From the human T2T-CHM13v2.0 reference genome, Homo sapiens, in the NCBI RefSeq assembly GCF_009914755.1, contig NC_060930.1: 64,000 bases of DNA; one strand, written 5' to 3'. A model generated the notes under the pieces. The model was not told where the DNA came from, did no database searches, and saw only the letters and a list, made by a program, of their open reading frames with translations. The stretch's first letter is position 1. Every line of letters begins with the position of its first letter. Both the position numbers and the translations under genes were made by a program. Positions 1-15,000 of this stretch are shown here, one piece after another.

Positions 1-212
1 TATCCCTCACCCGCTCCCACCCTTTCCTCCGCGTCCCCAAAGTCCAGTGTATTATTCTTATGCCTTTGTGTCTTCATAGCTTAGATGCCACTTATGAGTG
101 AGAACATTGGTTTTCCATTCCTGAGTTACTTCACCTAGAACCTCCAATTTCATCCAGGTTGCTACAAATGCCATTATTTCATTTCTTTTTATGGCTGAGT
201 AGTATTCCATGG

Positions 213-251
<39 letters not shown>

Positions 252-3200
252 CACATTTTCTTTTTCTTTATCCACTCTTTGATTGATGAACATTTGGGCT
301 GGTTCCACATTTTAGCAGTTGCAAATTGTGCTGCTATAAATGTGTGTGTAAGTATCTGTTTTGTATAATGACTTCTTTTCCTCTGGGTAGATACTCAGGA
401 GCAGGATTGCTGGATCAAATGGTAGATCTACTTTTAATTTTTTAAGGAATCTCCACACTGTTTTCCATAGTGGTTGTACTAGTTTACATACCCACCAACA
501 GTGGAAAAGTGTTCCCTTTTCACCACATCCACGCCAACACCTATTTTTTTTTATTTTTTGATTATGGCCATTGTCGCAGGAGTAAGGTGGTATCACATTA
601 TGGTTTTGGTTTGCATTTCCCTGATCGCTAGTGATGTTGAGCATTTTGTTACATGTTTGTTGTCCATTTGTATATCTTCTTTTTAGAATTGTCTCTTCAT
701 GTCCTTAGCCCACTTTTTGATGTGATTGTTTGTTTTTTTCTTGCTGATATGTTTGAGTTCCTTGTAGAGTCTAGATATTACTCCTTTGTTGGATGTATAG
801 ATTGTAAAGATTTTTTTCCCCACTCTGTGGGTTGTCTGTTTACTCTGCTGATTGTATTTTTTGCTGTATATAATTAAGTCCCATCTATTTATCTTTGCTT
901 TTGTTGAATTTGCTTTTGAGTTCTTGATCATGAAGTCTTTGCCTAAACCAGTGTCTAGAAGGGTTTTTCCACTGTGCTTTTCTAGAATTGTTATGGTTTT
1001 GGGTCTTAGATTTAAGTTTTTCATCCATCTTAAGTTGATTTTTATATAAGATGAGAGATGAGGATCCATTTCGTTCTTCTACATGTGGCTTGTCAGTTGT
1101 CCCTGCACCATTTGTTGAATAGGGTATCCTTTCTCCACTTTATGTTTTTGTTTGCTTTGTCGAAGATCAGTAGGCTGTAAGTATTTGGCTTTATTTCTGG
1201 GTTCTCTATTCTGTTCCATTGGTCTGTGTGCCCGTTTTTATACCATTACTGTGCTGTTTTGGTGATTATGGCCTTATAGTATAGTTCAAAGTTGGGTAAT
1301 GTGATGCCTCCAGATTTGTTCTTTTTGCTTAGTCTTGCTTTGGCTATGCAGGCTCTTTTTTGGTGCCATATGAATTTTAGGACTTTTTTCTAGTTCTGTG
1401 AAGAATGGTGGTAGTATTTTGATGGGAATGGCATTGAATCTGTATATTGCTTTTGGCAGTATGGTCATTTTTTAAATATGGATATTTTGTGGGATTTTTA
1501 TAATATCCCATGTTATATGGAGCATGGGATGTGTTTCTGTTTGTGTCATCTGTGATTTCTTTCAGCAATGTTTTGTAGTTTTCCTTGTAGAAGTCTTTCA
1601 CCTCCTTGGTTAAGTATACTCCTAAGTATTTTATTTTATTATTTTTTTTTTGCAGCTTTTATAAAAGGGGTTGAGTTCTTAATTTGTTCTCAGCTTGGTC
1701 ACTGTTAGTGTATAGCAGGGCTACTCATTTTTGTACATTAATTTTGTATCCTGAAACTTTGCTGAATTCATTTACCATTTCTAGGAGCTTTTTTGAGGAG
1801 TCTTTAGGGTTTTCTAGGTATATGATCATGTCATCAGCAGAAGCAACAGTTTGACTTCCTCTTTGCCAATTTGGATACCCTTTAGTTCTTTCTCTTGCCT
1901 GATTGCTGTGGCTAGGACTTCCAGTATTATGTTGAATAGAAGTGGTGAAAGTGGGCATCTTTGTCTTTTTCCAGTTCTCAGGAGGATTGTTTTCAACTTT
2001 TCCCTGTTCAGTTTAATGTTGACTGTGGGTTTGTCATAGATGGTTTTTATTACCTTGAGGTATGTCCCTTCTATGGCAGTTTTGCTGAGGGTTTTAATCA
2101 TAAAGAGATGCTGGATCTTGTCAGCTGCCTTTTCTGCATCTATTGAGATGATCATGTGATTTTTGTTTCTAATTCGGTTTATGTGGTGTATCACATTTAT
2201 TGACTTGCATATGTCAAACTATCCCTGCGTCCCTCATATGAAACCCACTTGATCATGATTGATAATCTTTTTGACATGCTGTTGGATTCAGTTAGCTAAT
2301 ATTTTGTTGAGGATTTTGCATTTATGTTCATCAGGGATACTAGCCTGTAGTTTTCTTTATTTGTTATATCCTTTCCTGGTTTTGGTATTAGGGTGATACT
2401 GGCTTCATAGAATGATTTAGAGAGGATTCCATCTTTTGAAATAGTGTCAATTGGATTGGTACCAATTCTTTGAATGTCTGATAGCATTCAGCTATGAATC
2501 CGTCTGATCCTGGCCTTTTTTTGTTGGTAACTTTTTAATTACCATTTCAGTCTCACTGCTTGTTATTGGTCTGTTCAGAGTGTCTGTTTCTTCCTGGTTT
2601 AAACTAGGAGGGTTGTATATTTCCAGGAATTTATCCATCTCCTCTAGGTTTTCTAGTTTATGCCCATAGAGGTGTTCATAGTAGCCTTGGATGATCTTTC
2701 ATATTTATGTAGTATCAGTTGTAATATCTTCTGTTTCATTTCTAATTGAGCTTATTTGGTTCTTCTCTCTTCTTAGTTATTCTCACTAATGGTCTATCAA
2801 TCTAATTTATCTTTTCAAAAAACCAGCTTTTTGTTATATTATGTTTTGTAATTTTTTTTGTTTCAATTTTTAGCTTTGCTCTGATCTTGATTATTTCTTT
2901 TCTTCTGCTGGGTTTGGGTTTGGTTTGTTCTTATTTCTCTAGCTCCTTGAGTGTGACCTTAGATTGTCTATTTGTGCTCTTTCAGACTTTTTGATGCTGT
3001 GAACTTCCCTCTTAGCACTGCCTTTGCTGTATTCTGGAGGTTTTGATAGGTTGTGTCACTATTATCATTAAGTTTAAAGAATTTTTAAATTTCCATCTTG
3101 AGTTCATTGTTGATCCAAAGATCATTCAGGAGCAAGTTATTTAATTTCCATGTATTTGCATGATTTTGAGGGTTCCTTTTGGAGTTGATTTCCAATTTTA

Positions 3201-5310
3201 TCCACTATGGTCTAAGAGAGTACTTGATATAATTTCAGTCTTCTTAAATTTGTTAAGACTTGCTTTGTGGCCTATCATATGGTCTGTCTTGGAGAATGTT
3301 CCATGTGCTGATGAAAAGAATGTCTATTCTGCAGTTGTTGGGTAGAAAGTTCTGAAAATATCTGTTAAGTCCATTTGTTCTAGGGTATAGTTTAAGTCCA
3401 TTGTTTCTTTGTTGTCTTTCTGTCTTGATGGCCTGTCTAATGCTGTCAGTGGAGTATTGAAGTCCCCCACTATTATTGTGTTGCTGTTGATCTCATTTTT
3501 CTTAAGTCTAGTAGTAACTGTTTTATAAATTTGGGAGCTCTACTGTTGGGTGCGTATATAGTTAAGATTGTGATGTTTTTCTGTTGGACTAGTCCTTTTA
3601 TCCTTATATAATGTCCCACTTTGTCTTTTCTAACTGCCGTTGCTTTAAAGTTTGTTTTGTCTGATGTAAGAATAGCTACGCCTGCTTGCTTTTGGTATAC
3701 ATTTGCATGGAATATTTTTTTCTACCCCTTTACCTTTAGTTTGTGTGAGTCCTTATGTGTCAGGTGAGTCTCTGGAAGACAGCAGATACTTGGTTGGTGA
3801 ATTCTTAGCCATTCTGTCATTCTGTATCTTTTAAGTGCAGCATTTAGGCCCTTTACATTCAACGTTAGTATTGAGATGTAGCATACTATTCTATTCATCC
3901 TGCAAGTTGTTTCCTGAAAACCTTGGATTTTTTTCATTGTATTGTTGTTTTATAGATCCTGTGAGATTTATGCTTTAAGGAGGTTCTATTTTGGTGTATT
4001 TCAAGGATTTCTTTCAAGATTTAGAGCTTCTTATAGTGGTTCTTGTAGTTCTCTTTTGGTAATGGCAAATTCTCGCAGCATTTGTTTGTCTAAAAAAGAC
4101 TGTGTCTTCCCTTCATTTATGAAGCTTAGTTTCACTGGATACAAAATTCTTATATGATAATTATTTTGTTTAAGGAGAACAAAGGTAGGACCCCAATGCT
4201 GTCTAGCTTGTAGGGTTTCTGCTGAGAAATCTGCTGTTAATCTGATAGGTTTTCCTTTAAAAGTTACCTGATGCTTTTGTCTCATAGCTCTTAAGATTTT
4301 TTTTTTTTTTCATCTTCACTTTAGATAACCTGGTGACTGTGTGCCTAGGTGGTGATCTTTTTGCGATGAATTTCCCAGGTGTTCTTCCCAGAGCTGCTTG
4401 TATTTGGATGCCTAGATCTCTAGCAAGGCTGGGGAAGTTGTCCTCGATTATTCCCTCAAACACGTTTCCCAGACTTTTAGATTTCTCTTCTTCCTCAGGA
4501 ACACCAGTTGTTCTTAGGTTTGGTCATTTAACATAATCCCAAACTTATTGGAGGCTTTGTTCATTTTTATTTAATTCTTTTTTCTTTGTCTTTGTTGGAT
4601 TGAGTTAATTTGAAAGCCTTGTCTTCGAGCTCTGACTTTTTCTTCTACTTGTTCGATTCTGTTGCTGCGAGTTTCCAGTGCATTTTGCATTTCTCTAAGT
4701 GTGTCCTTGACTTCCAGAAATTGTGATTGCTTTTTTATTTATGCCATGTATTTCACTGGAGATTTTTTCATTCGTATCCTGTATCATTTTTTTGATTTCT
4801 TTAAGTTGGACTTGTGCCTCCTTGATTGACTTAATAGTTGATCTTCTAAATTCTTTTTCTGGCAATTCAGAGATTTAGTCTTAGTTTGGATCCATTGCTG
4901 GTGAGCTAGTGTTATCTTTTGGGGGTGTTAACCATGTTTGTCATATTACCAGAATTGTTTTTCTGGTTCCTTCTCATTTGGGTAAACTATGTCAGATGGT
5001 AGATCCGGGACTCAAGGGCTACCGTTCAGATTCTTTTGTCCCACAGGGTGCTCCCTTGTTGTGGTGTTCTCCCCTTTCCCCTAGAAATGGCTCCCTGAGA
5101 GCCAGACTGCAGTGATGCTATTTCTCCTCTGAATCTAGCCACCCAGCAGAGCTACTGGGCTTTGATCTGGTACTGGGAAGTGTCTGCACAGAGTCCTGTG
5201 ATGTGATCTGTATTCAGGTCTCTTAGCTGTGGCTACCAGCACCTGCTCCAGGAAAGGTAGCAGGGGAGCGAAGTGGACTCTGTGAGGGTCATTAGTTGTA
5301 TTTTTGTTAA
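1..5310 (-). mobile_element. LINE-1, L1PB-like, near full length and decayed (3' end continues off the left of the window)
   Basis: Minus-strand ORF2 remnants ([38 protein letters not shown]) and ORF1 remnants (GKPIRLTADFSAETLQAR); many frameshifts; L1PB-type 3' and 5' sequence. Confidence 0.92.
216..249. repeat. (GT)17 microsatellite inside the L1 3' region
   Basis: Seen directly. Confidence 0.95.
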
Positions 5311-5319
5311 GTCCAACCA

Positions 5320-6830
5320 AAATTTTAACAAGTTTCTTTATAGAAAACTGAAGCTCATGCCACAATTTATATGGAAATGAAAAGGGCCATGAAGAGCCAA
5401 GACACTCATGAAGAACAGGGCAAGAGGGTCTGTCCTACAAGACACTAGCAAATAATTCATGGCTTATTTTAAAGTTACAGTAATTTGGTCAGAGTGCTTT
5501 TGGTATAAAGACTGACAACTAGAAGATCACTGAACCGGAGATGCCAGAAAAGACCTTTGCAGTTGTAGACACATGCTTGATGACAGAACAGGTACAGCAG
5601 AGCAGTGGGGAAAGGACTGTCATAAAGGGTGCCTGGAGAGTTGGAAATCTATGTAGAAATTCATAAAACTTGATCCCTACTCACATATTAGACAAAAATC
5701 AATTTCACATGGATTATAGAAACAAATATGAAAGGCAAATCAGTAAAGCTATCAGAAGAAAATCTGAGAAAAATAGCTTCATAGCTTAAAGATAATGAAA
5801 TATTTCTTAAATAGGATAGAAACAGTATTGATTGATTGTAAAGGAAAAGTGAATAAATTTGACAAACATTAAACGTCTCTCTTCATAAAAAATTACTAAG
5901 AACGAAAGGGCAAGTTATAGAAGAGAAGATATTTGGAATACATATAATGATAAAAAGACTTTTATCTAGTGTAAAAAAGACCTATAAATCAGTAACAGGA
6001 AGACAGCAACCCAGTAGAAAATGAACAAAAGTCTTGACAGGCAGTTTACAAATAGGGAACTCTAAATGGCCAATAAACATGAAAATGTGCTTATGCTTAT
6101 TAACAGTCATGAGAGTGCTAATTAAAGTTCAATGAGGTACCACTAGATATCCATCAGAATAGTTGGAATTAAAGAATCTAGTGATTTCAGTGGTTGGTGA
6201 GGATGTGAAGCAAAGAGAACCCTTAAACTGCTGGTGGGAGTGTAAATTGTTGAGTTGGTTTTGAAAATTGTTGAGTATTATCCTATAAAGTTGAAAGTGA
6301 GCATTCCCTATGACACAGCCATATTAGGCTGCAATATATACCATCCAGAATGTTCTTAGTGGCATTCACTATTACACCAAATTAGAGACAGCCCAAATAT
6401 CCCTCAATAGTGCAGTTGCTATGCAGTGTGTCATACAGTGACATTCTATTCATCAATGAAAATGAAGCTTTATGAACAACATGAATGAATCTTAAAAACA
6501 GAAAATGAGAGAGAAAAAGCCAGTAATACAGGATATACATATTCTATGGTTGCATTTATAAAATAGATATTAAAATGGGTTACACTAGAGCATAATTAGG
6601 TAGTAAAGCCAGAAAAGTAAGGATGTACCATAGATATGAGGATAGCAATTACCTTTCAAGGGTGGTATCAGAGGACTTCTGGTATCCTGGAAATTTTCTA
6701 CTTTTTTTTTTTTTACCTGATTAGCAATTACATGAATGTTTATAACATTTCAACCAAAGCACAGATTTATGTTTTTTGTCTTTTCTATGTGTGTGTATGT
6801 TTTATAATTTTTAAGATTATGTATAACTTC
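5320..6830 (+). mobile_element. Old L1M (L1ME-like) ORF2 3' portion and 3' UTR
   Basis: Degenerate L1 motifs (aaacttgatccctactcaca, ctgctggtgggagtgtaaattg, catgaatgaatctt). Confidence 0.75.
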
Positions 6831-8939
6831 TGATTTAAGGAGAGAAGGCCTATTTCATAGCTGATACTCTGTTTTTTAATTTGGATCTGTTTATTTATAA
6901 TTAAGCTTCACTACCATTTTGCAGAGTGGAGTTTAATTTATAATTGGAATGGATAAATAAAACATTATCATTGGCCCCACATTAGAACTTCACTGTATTT
7001 AAAACAGATTTTATAAATTCTAGAAGTTGTATCCTTGTATATTCACAGTTAAAGTCATTATCAGTTTTCTCATTGCAATTGATTTTTTAATAATTATTTT
7101 AATCAAGTTGAAATGAGATGTTTAGTAGTAATACCTTTCCTACTTGAATTTTGTTCTTTTTTTTAGTTGACCACTCTTGAGAAATTTATTTTAGGTACAA
7201 ATTGTAATAAAAGTTTTACTTCTATTTATTAACTGGTACTTTTTTCTCTTGTAAACCTTTAGAATTGTGTAATTGATTGTGCATGTGTATATTTTTTCCC
7301 TCATTTTGAGGGCTAGTAAGCTCACAACCCGATTTGAGACTTACATATAGTTCCAGTATTGCAGTATATTTACATTTATTTTTTGTCTTCGTAGTCTTGA
7401 CATTTTATTCTGATTTTCTTTAGCTTGGGATACTTATTCTTTATATACCTCCCTCTCATTTCTAACTATATTTTGCAAGCAATTTAGAACCTTTTTATAT
7501 TTAGGAGGAGAAGACACAAATGAACATATAAACGAATGAGTATTGGATGACATTGAGTTGTGCTTGAGACTACTGGTTCTCTATAGTTCTTGTGTATTAA
7601 ATAAAGTTCAAAAGTTTAAACCAGTTATGCAGACTGTTTTTCTATTTTTAAAAGGCCCTTGCCTGTCAAATGAGAGTAAATATTTATAGTTGGCCATGGT
7701 GAAATGTTCTGAGGATGAAAAAAAAATGATTTTAATAGAACAGCATCCTTAATAGAAGATGGATACAAAAATCCATTCATATGCAGGAACTAGAAAAGAA
7801 TGAAGTAATGGTAGACAGCAGTTACTTAGTTACAGCTAAATGCTTCCGTTCAGGGGAAGCACATAATTCTCTTATTGTATACTATGCTATATGTATGTTT
7901 TTGCCTTTTAAGATTTTTAACTGATTTCAATAAAGAAGTAAATGTTTGTTGTTCTTTTACTAGTTTTCAGGTAGTGGCACAATAATGATATAATGGAAAG
8001 TACAGTGGCTCAGTTTAATGTGGGCAGATTATTTCATCTCTCTGAATCACTGTCAATACTTTTTTCAGCTTTATGGGAATAGCAATATCTATCACAGAGC
8101 TTGTAGTGGATATTACATAAGATGTAATATCTATATCATACCTGTTACATAGTGGCTGGTCAACATATGTTCATTTTCTCCTCTTCCCATCACCACACTT
8201 CTCAACCTTAGAAAGTCAGCATTCCCTGAGCCAAAACAGTATTTTTTAAATTATCTATGTATTTTTTCTTTTATCAATATATGAAATACTGTCTTTTTCC
8301 TTAAAAAATGAGATTATTACCATATGATAAAAGGAAGCAATTTTTTATATTTCTTATTTTGAAAGAGCAAAATAAGTTGTTTTGTTAGTAGACTTAGAAA
8401 CAGAGGGGAAATGTGGATAGTTACTTGGATGAGGGATGAGAGGTGAGGAAGACAGTAGATAGGTTACAGAAGTTAGCGGCAGTGGTATCTGGAGAAAACA
8501 AAACAAGCATCCCCCCACCTCCCATCACATTAGTTGCCCTTTTTTACACAGCTAAAATTAAATTGAGAGGGAAAAGATGACAGTGGTTGTGGGGGTAAAC
8601 ACCCCATGCAGAAAGCCTCTACTTTTACACAACTCTGCTTTATTGGATCGTCAATAAAATCAAACAGGAAAGACTTCAGACCTGCAAAGCTGCCAAAAAT
8701 GTAGTGGTCTCTGGATTCTTGACAACTGAACTGTGAGAGTCATGTGGTATGTAAAACGTCTGGAAAGAATCGTTCTGCTGAGGGGGCAAGTGACAGGTCT
8801 GCTGGATTTCAGTAATCCAAGAAGGTGCCAGAGACAGGTTCTCAGTTTCGTTGGGATGGGTTCTGTGTGGTGCTTCTACATGGCTCTCATTAGTGGTTAC
8901 CCCTGTTTATAAGGATGAATACAAGGAAATCCTGGTATT

Positions 8940-9090
8940 CCAGAACTGGAAAAGACTTGAGAAATTAACTCCAGCTCTTTATTTTAAGTGAGGAAACTGA
9001 GGCTCAGAGGCCTCAAGTGACTTCCCCGAAGTTGCACAGTGAGTTGTTGTTAGAACTACAGCCAACACCCGAGTCTCTGAACTCCTGAGT
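8940..9090 (-). mobile_element. MIR
   Basis: gaggaaactgaggctcagag...aagtgactt MIR core. Confidence 0.7.
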
Positions 9091-11777
9091 TAAATGCAAA
9101 TATCTGTGGAAACCAATTTTTTTAATGTAGGGTGTGATTCTACTCATGTAACCTTATTCAGCTCTGGAAGTCGATATCCTAAATAAAGAAAGAGAAATAA
9201 ACAACTCCTACCCTTCCTTTGTAGTTTAGCAAGAATTTGTACCTCTGACCCAAACTCCAAGGACAAGTTGCTTCAAGATGCAAAACAAGGAAGAGCATCT
9301 GAGGTCTTTAAAAAATGTTAACCATAGTAAACAAACAAACAAAAGAAACCCTACTGTACTTACTGTGTGATGGCCCCCATTTCTCTCTGGAAGGGGAAGG
9401 AGAGGAGATTCACGGGAAAGAAGAGGAGGGAAAAATGTTTTACAGTGTAAGAGGTTTCTACTTAGTAAGTGCTTCATAAATATTTACTGATAGATGAAAT
9501 AGCCTTCAACAATCACTGTCTAACTCAAAAAAGCTTTTTATGTAATAAATTATACCTTAAAATAGCCACATCTTTTCTCCTCAAGGTACGTGATACCACC
9601 AATTATATGAAATGTAGTGCAGTAGGAAAATACAGTCTGTCTAAACTAACTGTAAAGAAAATCCATTGCTAAAAAGAGTCAATAACATTGTCTTTTTTGT
9701 GTAATAATGTAGTTTATATAAGTTTCTAGGATTACTATCTAATGAGGTGTTTCTCCTAATACTTCAATCCTTAAAGTGTGTATATTGATGTACAGTATTT
9801 ATATATTTGTATTCCCCAAACCTTAAGGCTGCCTGGTTCTCATTGCTCATTAATGTCCCCACCAACAAGGGAACAGGAGGCATTATCAGTGATAAATCAA
9901 ATCAGTTTTGCTGCTTCCTGTAAGCTACATTGATTGCCATGATTTTTTGGACAGAACAAAGATGAGGTAGAAATTACGAGCAAACATGAGGATGAGGATG
10001 CAGGCTTATGAAACTCATCCAGTTAATCTCCCGTTAGCCCATTACTTAGGTGAAACTTGGTAATCATTAATATCATGATTAAGAATTTGTCATGTGGACT
10101 TAATTAGGTGGTTAGAGAGAGTGGTAGTCTGTGTGATGTTTAAGAAATGGTGTGAGTTCAGAGTTAACTGTGTGATTTTGCCAGTTAATTAACCTCTGTA
10201 AGTCTCTGTTTGCTCTTAAAATTGGGATAAGTTGTATTATGAGTGAGATAATATATGTGTTATGTTAAGCACAGTGCCTAATACATAGTGAGGAGCTCTC
10301 AATAAATATCAGCAGATAATATTAATAATGAAAAGGCATTATTTCCGTTTTGGGTATACTCGAATATTCTTTTAAGATGCCATTTCTACTTTAAAGGGTT
10401 ATACATATTCCCCTCCATTATTTTAAAAAGAGAAAATTAGTACTAGGGTTTAACTATATACAGATGAAAGACTTGAAATGGACATTTTATGTTGCTCAAA
10501 TTGGATTCTGTGTTTCTGTTAAGTAGGTATTGTTTTTAAAAAGCAAAACTTCCTAAACTATTTTCTTTTGATATAAAGTCAAAAATCAAATCTTAAAGTA
10601 CATTAAGGAATGTTTACTTTGTATATTATAAAAAGTCAATATGAAGTTCAAAACTTTGTAACTGAATTTTGAGGTTTTGCCTTATACCTGTATAGAGAGT
10701 GTAAAACTTCAACTAACCAGAATCTATCTGGTCTGAGTACTAATACTTTGTCTTTATTTCTGTGTGCACATTTCCTCTATTACGAATTCCTCCTGGTATT
10801 AAGCTGAAACCTGCTTCTTTGGCCTCCTACTATTGGAAGGTGTGTCTTTTCTAGTCTCAACTTCCCCTGCTTTCTCACGTTGCATCTTCAGCAGACCCCA
10901 GTTGTCCTGACTGGTCTCTGGTTTGGCTTGACCTTAAAGTCAAAAGCCAGGATTGTTGCCAAGAAGCTATTTGTATGAGATATACTTAGTTTGTCAGAGT
11001 ATTGTTGGGATCACTTTTCCTTTTTATGTAAATGCAGCATTACTAAAGCTGTACAGAATAGCTCCGTGCCTTACAGACTCTCATGTATTACCTGAGAATA
11101 TGCTTATGAACTTTTGGCCTTTCTTGACTATTCAGTTTGTTATTAGCAACTCTTTGTGTAATGGCCTTTTAGTTTATTTGTGTTTTACTCTTAGTTCTGC
11201 CAGTTTTTCACTGTTTATTTTTTAAAATCTTGCCCCATAGTATCCAGTAATAAATAAGAAGTGGAGATATTGTGCTTTCCTTATAGGAGTGCTGTGATAA
11301 CAAAACCTATAAATAAAAAATTAGGATGTTTTACTTTTAAACAAAAGGCAGGAAGAGCCCGTGTGTTAGAAAGCTGTGGTGGAAGCAAAGAACACTGACG
11401 TTTGAAAAATGAAAACTTGATTTCAAATCTGGAACTTGCAACTTGCTTGCTGTGTGATCTTGGCTAAATCTCTGTTTCTCTAACTTTAAGTTACTTTGTA
11501 AAATGGAGAAGATATTTCCTAATTTATGGATTGAGAGAATAAAATAATATATGCAAGCAATGTTTCATAAACTGAAAGTCACTAATATACACAGAATATG
11601 TCTCATCTCTGTGCTAAGGGACAATATGAGCAAATGGTTGTCTTTGTGTAAGCATTTAAAAACAAGAGTATTTTCAAAGCGTGCTTTAATTTTAACTCTG
11701 CTGTAATAAACCTTGAATCTTTCATCTTTGTTGTTGGACTTAAACATATAATTATACTGTTAAAAAAAGAGGAGTTG

Positions 11778-12054
11778 GGCCAGGCACAATGGCTCACACC
11801 TATAATCCTAGCACTTTGGGAGGCCGAAACAGGCAGATCACTTGAGCCCAGTTGTTCGAAACCAGCCTAGGCAGCATGGCAAAAAATACAAAAAATACAG
11901 AAAGTAGTCAGATGTGGTGGCATGTATCTGTGGTCCCAGCTACTAGGTTGGCTGAGGTGGGAGGACCACCTAAGCCCAGGATCCATGATCACCCCACTGT
12001 ACTCCAGCCTGGGCAACAGAGTGAAACCCTGTCTCAACAACAACAACAAAAAAA
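11778..12054 (+). mobile_element. AluJ with internal deletions
   Basis: Dimeric Alu, cttgagcccag diagnostic, (CAA)n/A tail. Confidence 0.9.
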
Positions 12055-15000
12055 GAATATTTGGTCAACAATAAATAAAGTAAAAGCAATTAGGAACTCC
12101 AGGTAAAGTAAGAAATTGTAGAATGATGTCATGGTCCAATCAGAATGTACAAAAAATGTGACATGATTTTGAGCAGTTGTGAAAATTAAGAAAAGGAAAT
12201 CTATTTGATCTTTATTCTAGTAACATGTTCTTTCAAATGACGGAGTTTATAAAAATGGAACTCTAAAAATAGAAATGCAATTCTAGCACATTACTTGTTT
12301 TCACAACAAGTAATATTTATATTCATAACAGAGTAAACAGATTATTTACCTTTAATTTTTAGGAACAACTTAGAAACAAAGCCTAGAAAGGGTAGTTGAC
12401 AATTTCGGGAAAAAAATGGCAGTCAGAGGCTAAGATGTGGAAGGGGACTGGGAATTGGTGAGAAGGGGAGAATCACTAATAGCCTATTTTATGTTGTGGG
12501 GAGTTAAAAATTGATTGAACAGATAGAACCTGAAGTATATTGTTTAAAGTTAGCAGTGGCCAGTAAAAGAATAAAACTATAACAACTGTGAGGGAGGGGT
12601 AAGAATAATAAAGGATAATGTGAATTCTCTTTATTTCTTAATGGGAAGTCAGTAGATGTTGTTTATGGCTTATGAACTAAGAACTACAAGTATAATTATA
12701 TTATTTAGAGTTTTGAATGTAAATTATCAGAAGAGTTAGAAACAAATGACTAAAGGTAGTGGCTTTTGGGTACAATGCTGAAGTGGGGCAGGTATGGAGC
12801 TAGAACCTATTCTTTTCTATTATAAGACACTCTACATACTGTTGTAATATTTTTATGGTTTACATTATTAGTTTGATACAAGCATATTTTTCTAAGTACT
12901 GATAACCAAAAGTCATAGTTGGATACTGTGGCATATTTGCCATCCCCAAATCTGGAAGATATACAGTGATTATTCAAACCTAAAGTTACCTCACCTTCAC
13001 CTTCCTGCCATCCATACTCTACCGCTCTCTCTATATTCTGCTTTGACTTCTAGGTAGCATGAATTGTTTTTGCTTGCCAGCCTAGGATCAGCCTATGTCA
13101 CATTATATTTTATATCATCTCATTGTTAGTTCTCTTGTTCACTGAAATGTCAATCTGGTTAATTTCTATAAAATAAAACATACTGAAGTTATAATATAGG
13201 CATATGATAGTAAGAGAAACAGTGTATCTACTGCTTAGAAAATAACTTGCATGATACCAATATTTTATATCACAATTTCGCTATTAAAATTATACAGAGG
13301 AGAATATTAATTGACTCAAACATTGGAAATTTTTTTGGAAACACCATTTTCTGTATTTTTCTATTAAGTTTACCTTAACTTTTTTATTAAATTAACTTTT
13401 TTTTTATTCAAGAGGTCATAGTAGTTTACCAGATTAGGTTGGTCATGGCCAAATTGTGACCAAATCATTACTAAAATATTCATTTTTAAGAATAGTTCAA
13501 TACAGGGATTCCAATGATAATCCATATATTCTGCTTTATATATGATTGTATTTGAAATGATTACTTTCATATCATTTATCTGCTCCCTCCCTCAAATGTA
13601 CATAATCAGGGGTTAGAAAGATGGCTGGCTATCAGAACAGCTTTTAAATTTTTGGTTGGAAAAGGCACATCTTTAGAATATGGTAGACTCTCTTGTTAGC
13701 TAAATATATTCATTAAGATTGAAGTGTAGGCAGATTTAGATCAACAATAGCAACTAGTAGCAATTAAGCAAATTTAATGTGCACAGAACAGATGGTGGGA
13801 TTGTGGGTGGGGACTGAAGACCAAAGAGATGCTATTTTCTAACAGTAACTTTAGAAGAGACCAAAAAGCTATTTTAAGCCACAAGTTGGAAAGGGGGAAG
13901 GTGGAGATGGAGAGAGATTCCTGCCTCTAACCATATTTGATGATGAGCATTTTGGTCAGTTATTCATTCTTCCATCCATCTGTCTAGTACTTGTTTGAGT
14001 ACCTATTGTAACACTCATTGGTTGGTGTTGTCGGGTTGTTAAGGGGCTAAACTTGACATTCTGTTATCCCTGACATTCTGTTATTTCCTGACATCATGCT
14101 ATCCACAAGAGTGAGATTGTATCTCAAAAGGACAGTCGTCCTTTCCTTATTACTCCTACTCCATAAGCATCTAACTTCCTTGATGACTTAAACCTCAAAT
14201 CACCCAGCAATGACCTTCAGGAATTCCATTTTTTAACTGATAGATTAGTTATATTTTCCATATCACATTTGTTATTTCCTAAAAGTACATTTAAATCCTT
14301 AAATGTTTTTGAATTTTTGCATTGCTCTAACTACAGCAACAAAATATACACAATGGGAAAGAGTTCAGTTAATCAAAATTTAAACCAGTTTTACCTAATA
14401 GCATTTAAATCTTTTCTAAATTTTTCCCCAAACTATAAATCAACCATTATTAGTGATTAGTTTGATCTAGGGAAAAAAAAGTTTTCTCTTTGCCATTTGG
14501 TTTTTAATAGCACAAAGAAATTATATCAATTAGAAAAATACTCAAACTATTTGGATGTTATTTTATCAAATTATATATAGTATATAGAAAGTTGAGGTCA
14601 GGGGAACAGGAGGAGTAGCTTCATTACACTAAACAAAATAGTGTTTCTTTGTGTCTGCTATGACATTTTATGAGCATTTCACCAGCATTGCTGACTTTTT
14701 CTGGGTTGTGTTTGCTGCTTCTTAACTCTGCGGTGTTGGGAATGCTGGCTCACTCTCTCCACCTTTTCCTCTTCTACTTGTGCAGCCTTGTGTATGCTGT
14801 TTTTAACACTCACATAGTGCTTACCATGAGCCAGGCACCGTTCTTCATTAGACAGGGAAAGCAGATACTTCCTTTTCCTCCCCTCTTCTACTCTGGTGTT
14901 GGAGATATCCTCAAATGGAATAGCCATGTTTTCTCCAGAGTTCTATCTAGTTGCATCTGACCAGCTCTTTTTCCTTTCATTTCTGGCAGACCTGGTGTCT

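Noticed and set aside
312-4463. Many 60-128 aa ORFs with RT, endonuclease or ORF1 similarity
   Set aside because: Frameshifted remnants of the L1PB; not an intact gene or active element.
12263-12272. Perfect MEF2 site CTAAAAATAG
   Set aside because: Isolated, in A-rich L1-like sequence, with no companion motifs.
14679-14927. Charged 82-aa minus-strand ORF resembling a processed pseudogene
   Set aside because: Contains a MIR/L2-type fragment (cacatagtgcttaccatgagccaggcac); no recognisable parent gene, poly-A or TSD.
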